A stretch of 64,000 nucleotides of DNA. It comes from Laetmonice hystrix (Eukaryota). Positions within the stretch are counted from its first letter, which is position 1, and the number at the start of each line of letters is the position of its first letter. Location of the stretch: contig OZ249436.1 in the NCBI GenBank assembly GCA_965235115.1, positions 16,804,001 to 16,868,000 of the forward strand, written 5' to 3'. Positions 1 to 12,000 of this stretch are shown here, piece by piece. Position numbers and translations under genes: made by a program. Below the pieces are notes generated by a model that was given only the letters and a program-made list of their open reading frames with translations, did no database searches and had not been told where the DNA came from.

Positions 1-68
1 CTTCCTCTCCCAGCCAGAAGGTGGTGCCACTGTTCCACAGGCTGAGGTCGGCGTCCGACGCCATCACC
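1..68 (-). CDS. Cadherin exon 23 (truncated by window)
   Basis: TTGACAG|-VMASDADLSLWNSGTTFWLGEE; phase 2 matches exon 22. Confidence 0.85.
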
Positions 69-3000
69 CTGTCAACAACGGTTTCTAACGTCACAATGCA
101 GATAAATAACGGTACACTGCAGATAAATAACGGTCTGTAACGTCACACTGCAGATAAATAATGGTTTATAACGTCACACTGCAGATAAACAGCAGTGAGG
201 ACGTAAGCATAAATCTGAAGATCCCAGTCGATTCGACGTGCGACTACTCTAGTCTCACAAAAATGAACGATCTTCCAAGAACATAAAAACATAACGCTTT
301 GTAAACAAATACGTGGAGTGAAATCGAATTGTAATTGTCAACACGCGTCTCTGCCACTGCACTGTGAACCTTATCTCTTGTGACTTTTTTCTTATCGTAG
401 AATGGTGGTGTTTGATAAACATGCACCTGCAGCCTGAGATAAGACAAACTGTCAGAAAAGGACAGTTTTTACCCGGCCTCAGTCACCGCTGACACGACCT
501 CAGTCAGTGCCGACACGACCTCAGTCAGTGCTGACACGACCTCAGTCACCGCTGACACGACCTCAGTCAGTGCCGACACGACCTCAGTCAGTGCTGACAC
601 GACCTCAGTCAGTGCTGACACGACCTCAGTCACCGCTGACACGACCTCAGTCAGTGCTGACACGACCTCAGTCAGTGCTGACACGACCTCAGTCAGTGCT
701 GACACGACCTCAGTCACCGCTGACACGACCTCAGTCAGTGCCGACACGACCTCAGTCAGTGCTGACACGACCTCAGTCACCGCTGACACGACCTCAGTCA
801 GTGCCGACACGACCTCAGTCAGTGCTGACACGACCTCAGTCAGTGCTGACACGACCTCAGTCACCGCTGACACGACCTCAGTCAGTGCCGACACGACCTC
901 AGCCAGTGCTGACACGACCTCAGTCAGTGCCGACACGACCTCAGTCAGTGAGGACACGACCTCAGTCAGTGCCGACACGACCTCAGTCAGTGCCGACACG
1001 ACCTCAGTCAGTGCCGACACGACCTCAGTCAGTGCCGACACGACTTCAGTCAGTGCCGACACGACCTCAGTCAGTGCCGACACGACCTCAGTCAGTGCCG
1101 ACACGACCTCAGTCAGTGCCGACACGACCTCAGTCAGTGCCAACACGACCTCAGTCAGTGCTGACACGACCTCAGTCACCGCTGACACGACCTCAGTCAG
1201 TGCTGACACGACCTCAGTCAGTGCTGACACGACCTCAGTCAGTGCTGACACGACCTCAGTCACCGCTGACACGACCTCAGTCAGTGCCGACACGACCTCA
1301 GTCAGTGCTGACACGACCTCAGTCACCGCTGACACGACCTCAGTCAGTGCCGACACGACCTCAGTCAGTGCTGACACGACCTCAGTCAGTGCTGACACGA
1401 CCTCAGTCACCGCTGACACGACCTCAGTCAGTGCCGACACGACCTCAGCCAGTGCTGACACGACCTCAGTCAGTGCCGACACGACCTCAGTCAGTGAGGA
1501 CACGACCTCAGTCAGTGCCGACACGACCTCAGTCAGTGCCGACACGACCTCAGTCAGTGCCGACACGACCTCAGTCAGTGCCGACACGACTTCAGTCAGT
1601 GCCGACACGACCTCAGTCAGTGCCGACACGACCTCAGTCAGTGCCGACACGACCTCAGTCAGTGCCGACACGACCTCAGTCAGTGCCGACACGACCTCAG
1701 TCAGTGTCGAGTCAGACCTCACGCAATCAGAACAGAAACAGCGACTACAGGATAGGCTTACATAGTTACACTAGCATATTGGACATCAGACTGTGACACT
1801 GTGGAAGGACATCTTAGTATGTATGACTCCATCCAGGTTTAGCATGTCAGTATCTGAAGGCGCTGTTTATAGAGATGCGGGAGTAGTACGAGAGTATGTA
1901 TAGCCACACAGATACGAGTAATACGGCAGTATGTTAGTATGGCCACGAGATACGAGTAGTACGGCCGTATGTTAGTATGATCAGAGATACGAGTAGTACG
2001 GCAATATGTTAGTATGGTCAGAGATACGAGTAGTACGGCAGTATGTTAGTGTGGTCAGAGATACGAGTAGTATACGGCAGTATGTTAGTATGATCAGAGA
2101 TACGAGTAGTACGGCAGTATGTTAGTATGGTCAGAGATACGAGTAGTACGGCAGTATGTTAGTATGGTCACAGAGATGCTAGTACGGCAATACGGTAGTA
2201 TGGTCACAGAGGGACAAGTAGTACAGCAGTATGTTACGGTTAGGATGTATCCCAAGCATCACTGTAGCCAGCGATCGTCAAAAGTAACGGTCGTACAATA
2301 TTTACCTGCACCCTCCTTGTAACTCTTGCTTTGTCCAAACTTTTAACCTGGTCGTAACATAATAACATCTAATCTTACCGGAGACACCACGTGCTGAATA
2401 CATCCCAATCATTCTGTCGGGGGGGGGGGGTTAGACGGGACAGGAATGTTACAACATGAGAAGGGAGTGGGCGGTGGCATACTAAACACAAGATACCAGA
2501 ACGGATTACTTATAAAGGGAGTGGGTGGTGGCATAGGCATACTAAACACAAGATACTAGAACGGATTACTTATAAAGGGAGTGGGCGGTGGCATACTAAA
2601 CACAAGATACCAGAACGGATTACTTATAAAGGGAGTGGGTGGTGGCATACTAAACACAAGATACCAGAACGGATTACTTATAAAGGGAGTGGGTGGTGGC
2701 ATACTAAACACAAGATACTAGAACGGATTACTTATAAAGGGAGTGGGTGGTGGCATAGGCATACTAAACACAAGAAACTAGAACGGATTACTTATAAAGA
2801 GAGTGGGTTGTGGCATACTAAACACAAGATACCAGAACGGATTACTTATAAAGGGAGTGGGTGGTGACATACTAAACACAAGATACTAGAACGGATTACT
2901 TATAAAGGGAGTGGGCGGTGACATACTAAACACAAGATACTAGAACGGATTACTTATAAAGGGAGTGGGCGGTGGCATACTAAACACAAGATACCAGAAC

Positions 3001-6000
3001 GGATTACTTATAAAGGGAGTGGGTGGTGGCATACTAAACACAAGATACTAGAACGGATTACTTATAAAGGGAGTGGGTGGTGGCATACTAAACACAAGAT
3101 ACCAGAACGGATTACTTATAAAGGGAGTGGGTGGTGGCATACTAAACACAAGATACTAGAACGGATTACTTATAAAGGGAGTGGGCGGTGACATACTAAA
3201 CACAAGATACCAGAACGGATTACTTATAAAGGGAGTGGGTGGTGGCATACTAAACACAATATACCAGAACGGATTACTTATAAAGGGAGTGGGCGGTGGC
3301 ATACTAAACACAAGATACTAGAACGGATTACTTATAAAGGGAGTGGGTGGTGGCATAAGCATACTAAACACAAGAAACTAGAACGGATTACTTATAAAGG
3401 GAGTGGGCGGTGGCATACTAAACACAAGATACTAGAACGGATTACTTATAAAGGGAGTGGGCGGTGGCATACTAAACACAAGAAACTAGAACGGATTACT
3501 TATAAAGGGAGTGGGCGGTGGCATACTAAACACAAGATACTAGAACGGATTACTTATAAAGGGAGTGGGCGGTGGCATACTAAACACAAGATACTAGAAC
3601 GGATTACTTATAAAGGGAGTGGGTGGTGGCATACTAAACACAAGATACTAGAACGGATTACTTATAAAGGGAGTGGGCGGTGGCATACTAAACACAAGAT
3701 ACTAGAACGGATTACTTATAAAGGGAGTAGGCGGTGACATATTAAACACAAGATACTAGAACGGATTACTTATAAATTAAGGGAGTGGGTGGTGGCATAC
3801 TAAACACAAGATACTAGAACGGATTACTTATAAAGGGAGTAGGCGGTGGCATAGGTACTAAACACAAGATAGCAGAACGGATTACAAATGTACTTATAAT
3901 CATACACAAACAAGCATCAAGTATGATACACTCATTCTATTGCCAGTTCTAGGCAGAGCGAACTACGTACGTATTTAAAATAATGCAAACTTTTGTTAAC
4001 TGAACTTTTTCAACTGTAAAATTAAATACATATTAGCGGGGGGAATATTTGGGGGTTCAGCTGGGCGGGTTTGGGACCAGCAGTGGGTGATCATGGTTCA
4101 GCGTACGTCGCGCCACCTACCTGAGAGCGGAGGAACCGACGGGGTGATTCTCGTAAATCAGGGCGCTGTAGACAGGCATGGAGAACACGGGCACGTGGTC
4201 GTTAACGTCCTGATGAAGGAGAGAGAAGGACGGAAAGCCAATGAGAATTAGTCTGTTGGGGATTTCCATACTGAGGGGAAGGCTGTCATTAACCAAAACA
4301 CCGAATCCAGACCCTGACCTTCTCATCCCCAACCACACACCCGCACTCACGCACGCGCCCTCACCCACCCCCACACCTAGGCGTCGGAACCAGGGGCAGG
4401 GGGCGGTACCGCGTCAGTGGAAAGGCGGCCTTAGCTGAAACTCATATTTATCTGCCATATATATCAGCCTATTTTGTGAATGCGTAGGGCAGAAGAGGAC
4501 CAGATTCGGTCCAGGCTGACTTCAGCCCCCCCCCCCCTGGAAAAAGTATCTTCCGACGCTACTGATGCCATGTAGGCCTACACACCCCCTCACTCACATT
4601 CAAATTTCAAACGTCAAGCTATCCTATAAATTTAGAGATTTAGAGTACGAACTATTCCACGATTGAAAGCTTGTTGCAAACTGACCTTAATTGTGACCAC
4701 CACGGCCACAGTTTTGTTCTGGATAGTGTCAAGGTCATACGGCCTCCTGTTGTAGGCTACCACCACCAGGTGGTGCTGGTGGTCCTGATCGATTGTGACG
4801 TCACGTCTGGTGTAGAGAACGCCATTGGTGGCGTCCACCGCGAATAGGTCGTGAGGCGCATGCGCGAGGACGTACTGAACGACGGCGTTGTCGCCCTCGT
4901 CGGGGTCGACGGCCTGCAACACCAACATCATCAATACCAAAACAACATCAGCAATAGGCCTACCAACACCAATATCAAGACCAAAATCAACACCACCATC
5001 AATATCATCCAATACCAACACCAACATCGTCAACACCAACACCACCATCAAAACGATGTCTTTAACGTGCACGTCTGTACCGATCAGATTCTGGGTACAA
5101 AGAGTGGTATGACATGGCCTTGGTCGAAAAACCGTGGTATGACATGGCCATCGTTAGAAAACCGTGGTATGACATGGCCATCGTTAGAAAACCGTGGTAT
5201 GACATGGCCATCGTTAGAAAACCGTGGTATGACATGGCCATCGTTAGGAAACCGTGGTATGACATGGCCATCGTTAGAAAACCGTGATATGACATGACCT
5301 TGGTCGAAAAACCGTGGTATAGGCTAGCTATATGACATGGCCATCGTTAGAAAAACGTGATAGATCTATGACATGGCCTTGGTCGAAAAACCGTGCTATG
5401 ACACGCGACCTTCGGTGGAAAACCGTGGTATCAAATGGCCTTCGTTGGAAAACTGACTGACCAAAAGTAAAATTCAACCAAAATTCAGCCAACGTGGACG
5501 TCTGCATGGTTTAGGCCTGATAAACGCGCGCCGGCGAAGTTCAGGTATAGTAATCACTATAGGGGGCGCGGACTAACCTGAAGCTGTAGGATTCCACTAG
5601 GGGGCGCTCGCTCCGCCACCGTCACCTGGTAAGATTCCCTCTCGAAGGTTGGCGGGTGGTCGTTGATATCGTACACAAGCACGGTAACTGTTACCATGGT
5701 ACTGAGGGGAGGGACGCCACCATCCTGGGCAACTACCGTCAACTGGTGGGAGGGCGCCACCTCGCGATCAAGTTTGGCAGCAGTGTGCATGGTGCCCGTG
5801 TCGGGGTCGATGCTGAAGTACTGCCCGGCCCTAAAACAACAATAAACTCGATGTGAACTCCACGACTATAATATCCCACCCTAAAACAACAACAAACTCG
5901 TGAACTCCACTCCTATAATATCCCACCCTAAAACAACACCAAACTCGCTATAAACTCCACTACGATAATATCCCACCCTAAAACAACAACAAACTCGTGA

Positions 6001-9000
6001 ACTCCACTACTATAATATCCCACCCTAAAACAACAACAAACTCTGTGAACTCCACTACTATAATATCCCTCCCTAAAACAACAACAAACTCGCTGTGAGT
6101 TTCACTACTATAATATCCCAGCCTGAAAAACAAGGTCAGGAGATCAGATGTTACCGATGGAGAGAAACTGTTACAAACCTTTTCACAACCAAGGTCTCAA
6201 TGTTAGTGGATTACACACTTGTGTAATCTTATGGTATGCAAATGGTTGTAAACAAATGGCGTGTTAAATGACACGGTTATAAACAAAGGTGTGTGGTCAC
6301 AATGAGGTTTAAATAACTGGTGGGGTTTACAGGAAGGTCATAAACAAATGTTGTGTGGTCACAATGAGGTAGTGGTAGAGAAAGCGGTGGTAGACAATGA
6401 CAGTGGTAAAGAATGGGGTGGTAGACAAGAACAGTGATAGAGAATGGGGTGGTAGACAATGACAGTGGTGGAGAATGGGGTGGTAGACAATGACAGTGGT
6501 AGAGAATGGGATGGTAGACGACAGTGATAGAGAATAGGGTGGTAGACAATGACAGTGGTAGAGAATAGGGTGGTAGACAATGACAGTGGTAGAGAATGGG
6601 ATGGTAGACAATGACAGTGGTGGAGAATGGGGTGGTAGACAATGACAGTGGTAGAGAATGGGGTTGTAGACGAGAACAGTTATAGAGAATGGGGTGGTAG
6701 ACAATGACAGTGGTAGAGAATGGGATGGTAGACAATGACAGTGGTAGAGAATGGGGTGGTAGACAATGACAGTGGTAGAGAATGGGGTGGTAGACAATGA
6801 CAGTGGTAGAGAATGGGGTTGTAGACGAGAACAGTGATAGAGAATGGGGTGGTAGACAATGACAGTGGTAGAGAATGGGGTGGTAGACAATGACAGTGGT
6901 GGAGAATGGGGTGGTAGACAATGACAGTGGTGGAGAATGGGGTGGTACACAATGACAGTGGTAGAGAATGGGGTGGTAGACAATGACAGTGGTAGAGAAT
7001 GGGGTGGTAGACAATGACAGTGGTAGGGAATGGGATGGTAGACAAGAACAGTGGTAGAGAATGGGGTGGTAGACAATGACAGTGGTAGAGAATGGGATGG
7101 TAGACAAGAACAGTGGTAGAGAATGGGGTGGTAGACAATGACAGTGGTAGAGAATGGGGTGGTAGACAATGACAGTGGTAGAGAATGGGATGGTAGACAA
7201 TGACAGTGGTGGAGAATGGGGTGGTAGACAAGAACAGTGGTAGAGAATGGGGTGGTAGACAATGACAGTGGTAGAGAATGGGGTGGTAGACAATGACAGT
7301 GGTAGAGAATGGGGTGGTAGACAATGACAGTGGTAGAGAATGGGATGGTAGACAATGACAGTGGTAGAGAATGGGGTGGTAGACAATGACAGTGGTAGAG
7401 AATGGGGTGGTAGACAATGACAGTGGTAGAGAATGGGGTGGTAGACAATGACAGTGGTAGAGAATGGGATGGTAGACAATGACAGTGGTAGAGAATGGGG
7501 TGGTAGACAATGACAGTGGTAGAGAATGGGGTGGTAGACAATGACAGTGGTAGAGAATGGGGTGGTAGACAATGACAGTGGTAGAGAATGGGATGGTAGA
7601 CAATGACAGTGGTGGAGAATGGGGTGGTAGACAAGAACAGTGGTAGAGAATGGGGTGGTAGACAATGACAGTGGTAGAGAATGGGGTGGTAGACAAGAAC
7701 AGTGGTTGAGAATGGGATGGTAGACAAGAACAGTGGTAGAGAATGGGGTGGTAGACAATGACAGTGGTAGAGAATGGGGTGGTAGACAATGACAGTGGTA
7801 GGGAATGGGGTGGTAGACAAGAACAGTGGTAGAGAATGGGGTGGTAGACAAGAACAGTGGCAGACAAGGAGGTGGTAGGTGGGCAAGGTGGTAGACAAGG
7901 TAATACATGTACTTTGCAAGGTGCACAGTTACAGACACAATACGCCCCAAATATTTCATATCAATCAACATGCTGATATTGGCAGATACCTGTCGCTGGA
8001 GTCAGGGATGGCGGGAACATCTGGGTTAGGTAGGATACCTGGGATAGGTGTGGGTACCTGGGTCAGGTGTGGGTATACCTGGGTCAGTTGTGAGAACCTG
8101 GGATAGGTGTGGGTACCTGGCTCAGGTGTAGGATTTCTGGGTCAGGTGTGGGAACCTAGAATAAGTGTGGGTACCTGGGGCAGGTATGGCTACCTGAGGC
8201 AGGTGTGGGAATCTGGGGCAGGTGTGGGTTCCTGGGGCAGGTGTGGGAATTTGGGGCAGGTGTGGGTTCCTGGGGCAGGTGTGGGAATCTGGGGCAGGTG
8301 TGGGTTCCTGGGACAGGTGTGGGTTCCTGGGGCAGGTGTGGGTTCCTGGGGCAGTTGTGGGAATCTGGGGCAGGTGTGGGTTCCTGGGGCAGGTGTGGGT
8401 TCCTGGGGCAGGTGTGGACCAGGGAAAGGATACCTGGATCAGAGGGTTGGGGTCATCTGGGTTACCCTGAGCAGGTTTGGGGTCGGGTGGACTGTACCTG
8501 GATCAGGTGGGTATACCTGGATGAGGTGGGTATACCTGGATCAGGTGGGACGCCAGGTGGGAGATATCTATGCCAGGACTCATGGACCAACACCAGTTTG
8601 ATAGAACCAGTCAGTGCAGAGACCGGTCCGGTCACTATGCGTGATTTCATCATTCATTGGCATTCTCATCGTGCAGTTCAAGTCACAGCAGAGCAGAGTT
8701 GTGACAGGCGTAACGCTATAATGACTTCTGTTAACCGTCATCACCCAGTAAAATTTCTCTAATCTCCGTCTCTTTTTTCTGGCATGAATATTCTGGAAAG
8801 TCAGCCGTCTGTCAGCACTCTGTCTACTGCTCATGTTGTGTGTTAGTTTGTGTTTTTATCGGGCAGTCTTAATGTTCGCACTTACAAAAACGTTACCAAG
8901 CAACCGGAGGCATCGCTACAAAAAAGGATAGAGTAATGGCGTCAAGAAAAGTCTACACAGGTCGAACAGACGCTGACTGAGTTAAACCTCACGTTGCTAG

Positions 9001-12000
9001 TTATAAATATCTAATTTTACCTATCATTAGAATATCCCATGTCTGAATTAAAACAAATAGGCTATAGTGTAACGTGAACCTACGGTAACTATAGCAACCA
9101 TTCAACCTCACCCATATATACCTTACAGCCACCACGAGGTGTCCCTCTCCTCCTGAAAAACCTACAGGGTTAAAAACTACGGGCAAATGAAGATCATCAC
9201 CTCAGAATTAATGATAATGATCAAATGTAAGTTGTTCCCTGAGAAGCCAAGTAAAGGTTGGGTCTGCCACTTACCAGTTGCCGCCCAGCAGGTATTTTAA
9301 CTCCCCGTTGTACCCGGCGTCACCGTCGGTCGCCTGAAACACCAACACAGACAGGTCTTACGGCGTGAGTCGATAGGTGGCGTAATTAGGCTCTTCCATA
9401 GCCAGGTTTGACACCGTCGCAGGAGTCAATAGGTGCCACCAGGCCTTTCCACAGGCAGGTCTGACAGCAGTCGATAGGTGGCGCCAGGCTCTTCCACAGA
9501 CAGGTCTTATGGTGGAAGCCGGTAGGTGGCGCCAGGCCCTTCCACCGACAGGTCTGACGGTGGGAGCCGGTAGGCGGCGCCAGACTTTTCCACAGCCAGG
9601 TTTGACACTGACGCGGGAGTCAATAGGTGGAGCCAGGCTCTTCCACAGAGAGGTCTTACGGCGGGAGCCGGTAGGTGGCGCCAGGCTCTTTCACAAACAG
9701 GTCTGACAGGAGTCGATAGGTGGCGTCAGGCTCTGCCACACAGACAGGTCTGACAGCCGATAGATGGCGCTAGTGCCTTCAAGACAGCCAGTAGGCCTAC
9801 AGTGAAACAGTCTAGACAGACAGGTCCTGTGGGAGCCGATAAGTGGCGCCAGTGTAACACAGCCAGGTACAACCACTATTGCGTTGGATTTTGGCGACTT
9901 ATAAATTGACGTCCGTCTATTCGTCAGTTGTCCCCGTATTGCAAATACAGCAGTAATTGTGATGCCACCTGTCGGCCAGGTTCGCAGCACTGTATCTGGA
10001 AGAGGTAGCCTCCTAGCGCTGGTTTTGCACACTAATATTCTGTGAGCATTCAACATACATTTTGCCTGAGCTGTTGGACACACTACGGCAAGTGGCCGCA
10101 CGATCGAGTTACCTCCCTGAACATATTAACTTGGTACATTTTAGTACAGCCCCGTTTATACGTTACATATGGTATTCTTGACCTTACCTTGACCTGGCCG
10201 AGCCGCTGTCCGATTGGCATCTCTTCCCACACCCAGAACGTGTAGTCGGCCTCCCCAAACACAGGCGGGCTGTCATTGGTGTCTTCCACCCTCACAAACA
10301 CCACTGTCTGGGCCGTCTGAAACACCAACAACGGTTACTAACACATTAACACATGCTGCCAAAGCAGAACTGAAGGAAGTACACGTAATTAGAAGGTGGG
10401 GGATATCGCCTTGGTAACATCTTCTCCCACCGTTACCATAGTTACAACCCCAGCTACCATGGTTACAACCCTGCTGTGACCTACATGAATTCCATCGGTG
10501 ACTGTGACCTTGAGATTGTAGACGCTCGTGACCTCGCGGTCCAGAGGACGCCACAAGGTCAGTGCCCCACTGTTGCCATGGAGCAGGAACTGGTTGCCAT
10601 GGTCACCGTCAATAAGGTGGTAGGTGAGGTCAGATCCGTCTTCATCAGTCGCCTACAAACAGTAATCAGATTATCTGGTTTGTTATAAAAATGTCACATT
10701 TAAATTATTCTTCACTTTAACATACCATCACAGAGTTGTGTCAGTCAGATAAAGCGGTCAGTCTGGCTGAACATACCTGGAGCTCACAGAGCTATCAGTC
10801 AGATAAAGCGCTCAGTCTGGGTGGACATACCTGGAGCTCACAGAGCTGTGTCAGTCAGGTAACGCGCTCAGCCTGGGTGGACATACCTGGAGCTCACAGA
10901 GCTGTGTCAGTCAGGTAAAGCGCTCAGTCTAGGTGGACATACCTGGAGCTCACAGAGCTGTCAGTCAGATAAAGCGCTCAGTCTGGGTGGACATACCTGG
11001 AGCTCACAGAGCTATCAGTCAGATAAAGCGCTCAGTCTGGGTGGACATACCTGGAGCTCACAGAGCTGTCAGTGAGATAAAGCGCTCAGTCTGGGTGGAC
11101 ATACCTGGAGCTCACAGAGCTGTGTCAGTCACATAAAGCGCTCAGTCTGGGTGGACATACCTGGAGCTCACAGAGCTGTCAGTGAGATCAAGCGGTCAGT
11201 CTGGGTGGACATACATGGAGCTCACAGAGCTGTCAGTCAGATAAAGCGCTCAGTCTGGGTGGACATACCTGGAGCTCACAGAGCTGTGTCAGTCACATAA
11301 AGCGCTCAGTCTGGGTGGACATACCTGGAGCTCACAGAGCTGTCAGTCAGATAAAGCGCTCAATCTGGGTGGACATACCTGGAGCTCACAGAGCTGTCAG
11401 TCAGATAAAGCGCTCAGTCTGGGTGGACATACATGGAGCTCACAGAGCTGTGTCAGTCAGGTAACGCGCTCAGTCTGGGTGGACATACCTGGAGCTCACA
11501 GAGCTGTCAGTGAGATAAAGCGCTCAGTCTGGGTGGACATACCTGGAGCTCACAGAGCTGTCAGTCAGATAAAGCGCTCAGTCTGGGTGGACATACATGG
11601 AGCTCACAGAGCTGTGTCAGTGAGATAAAGCACTCAGTCTGGGTGGACATACATGGAGCTCACAGAGCTGTGTCAGTGAGATAAAGCACTCAGTCTGGGT
11701 GGACATACATAGAGCTCACAGAGCTGTGTCAGTCAGATAAAGCGCTCAGTCTGGGTGGACATACATGGAGCTCACAGGGCTGTGTCAGTCAGATAAAGCA
11801 CTCAGTCTGGGTGGACATACCTGGAGCTCACAGAGCTGTCAGTCAGATAAAGCGCTCAGTCTGGGTGGACATACCTGGAGCTCACAGAACTGTCAGTCAG
11901 ATAAAGCGCTCAGTCTGGCTGGACATACCTGGAGTTGGATGACGGTTGTGCCGTAAGACGACGCCTCGTTCACACTGGCCGAGTACGGTTCACCCTCAAA

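Noticed and set aside
469..1796. 417-aa and 429-aa ORFs
   Set aside because: Translations of a 21-bp intronic minisatellite, open on both strands, with no splice context.
2461..3885. CRISPR-like appearance of arrays
   Set aside because: No unique spacers, no cas genes, and spliceosomal-intron context.
4378..4562. Possible MITE (GCGTCGGAA...TTCCGACGC)
   Set aside because: Only a 9-bp inverted match and no clear TSD; a plausible remnant but unsupported.
6277..7971. 400-560-aa ORFs in three frames
   Set aside because: Stop-free 31-bp repeat; exons 19 and 20 join in phase without it.
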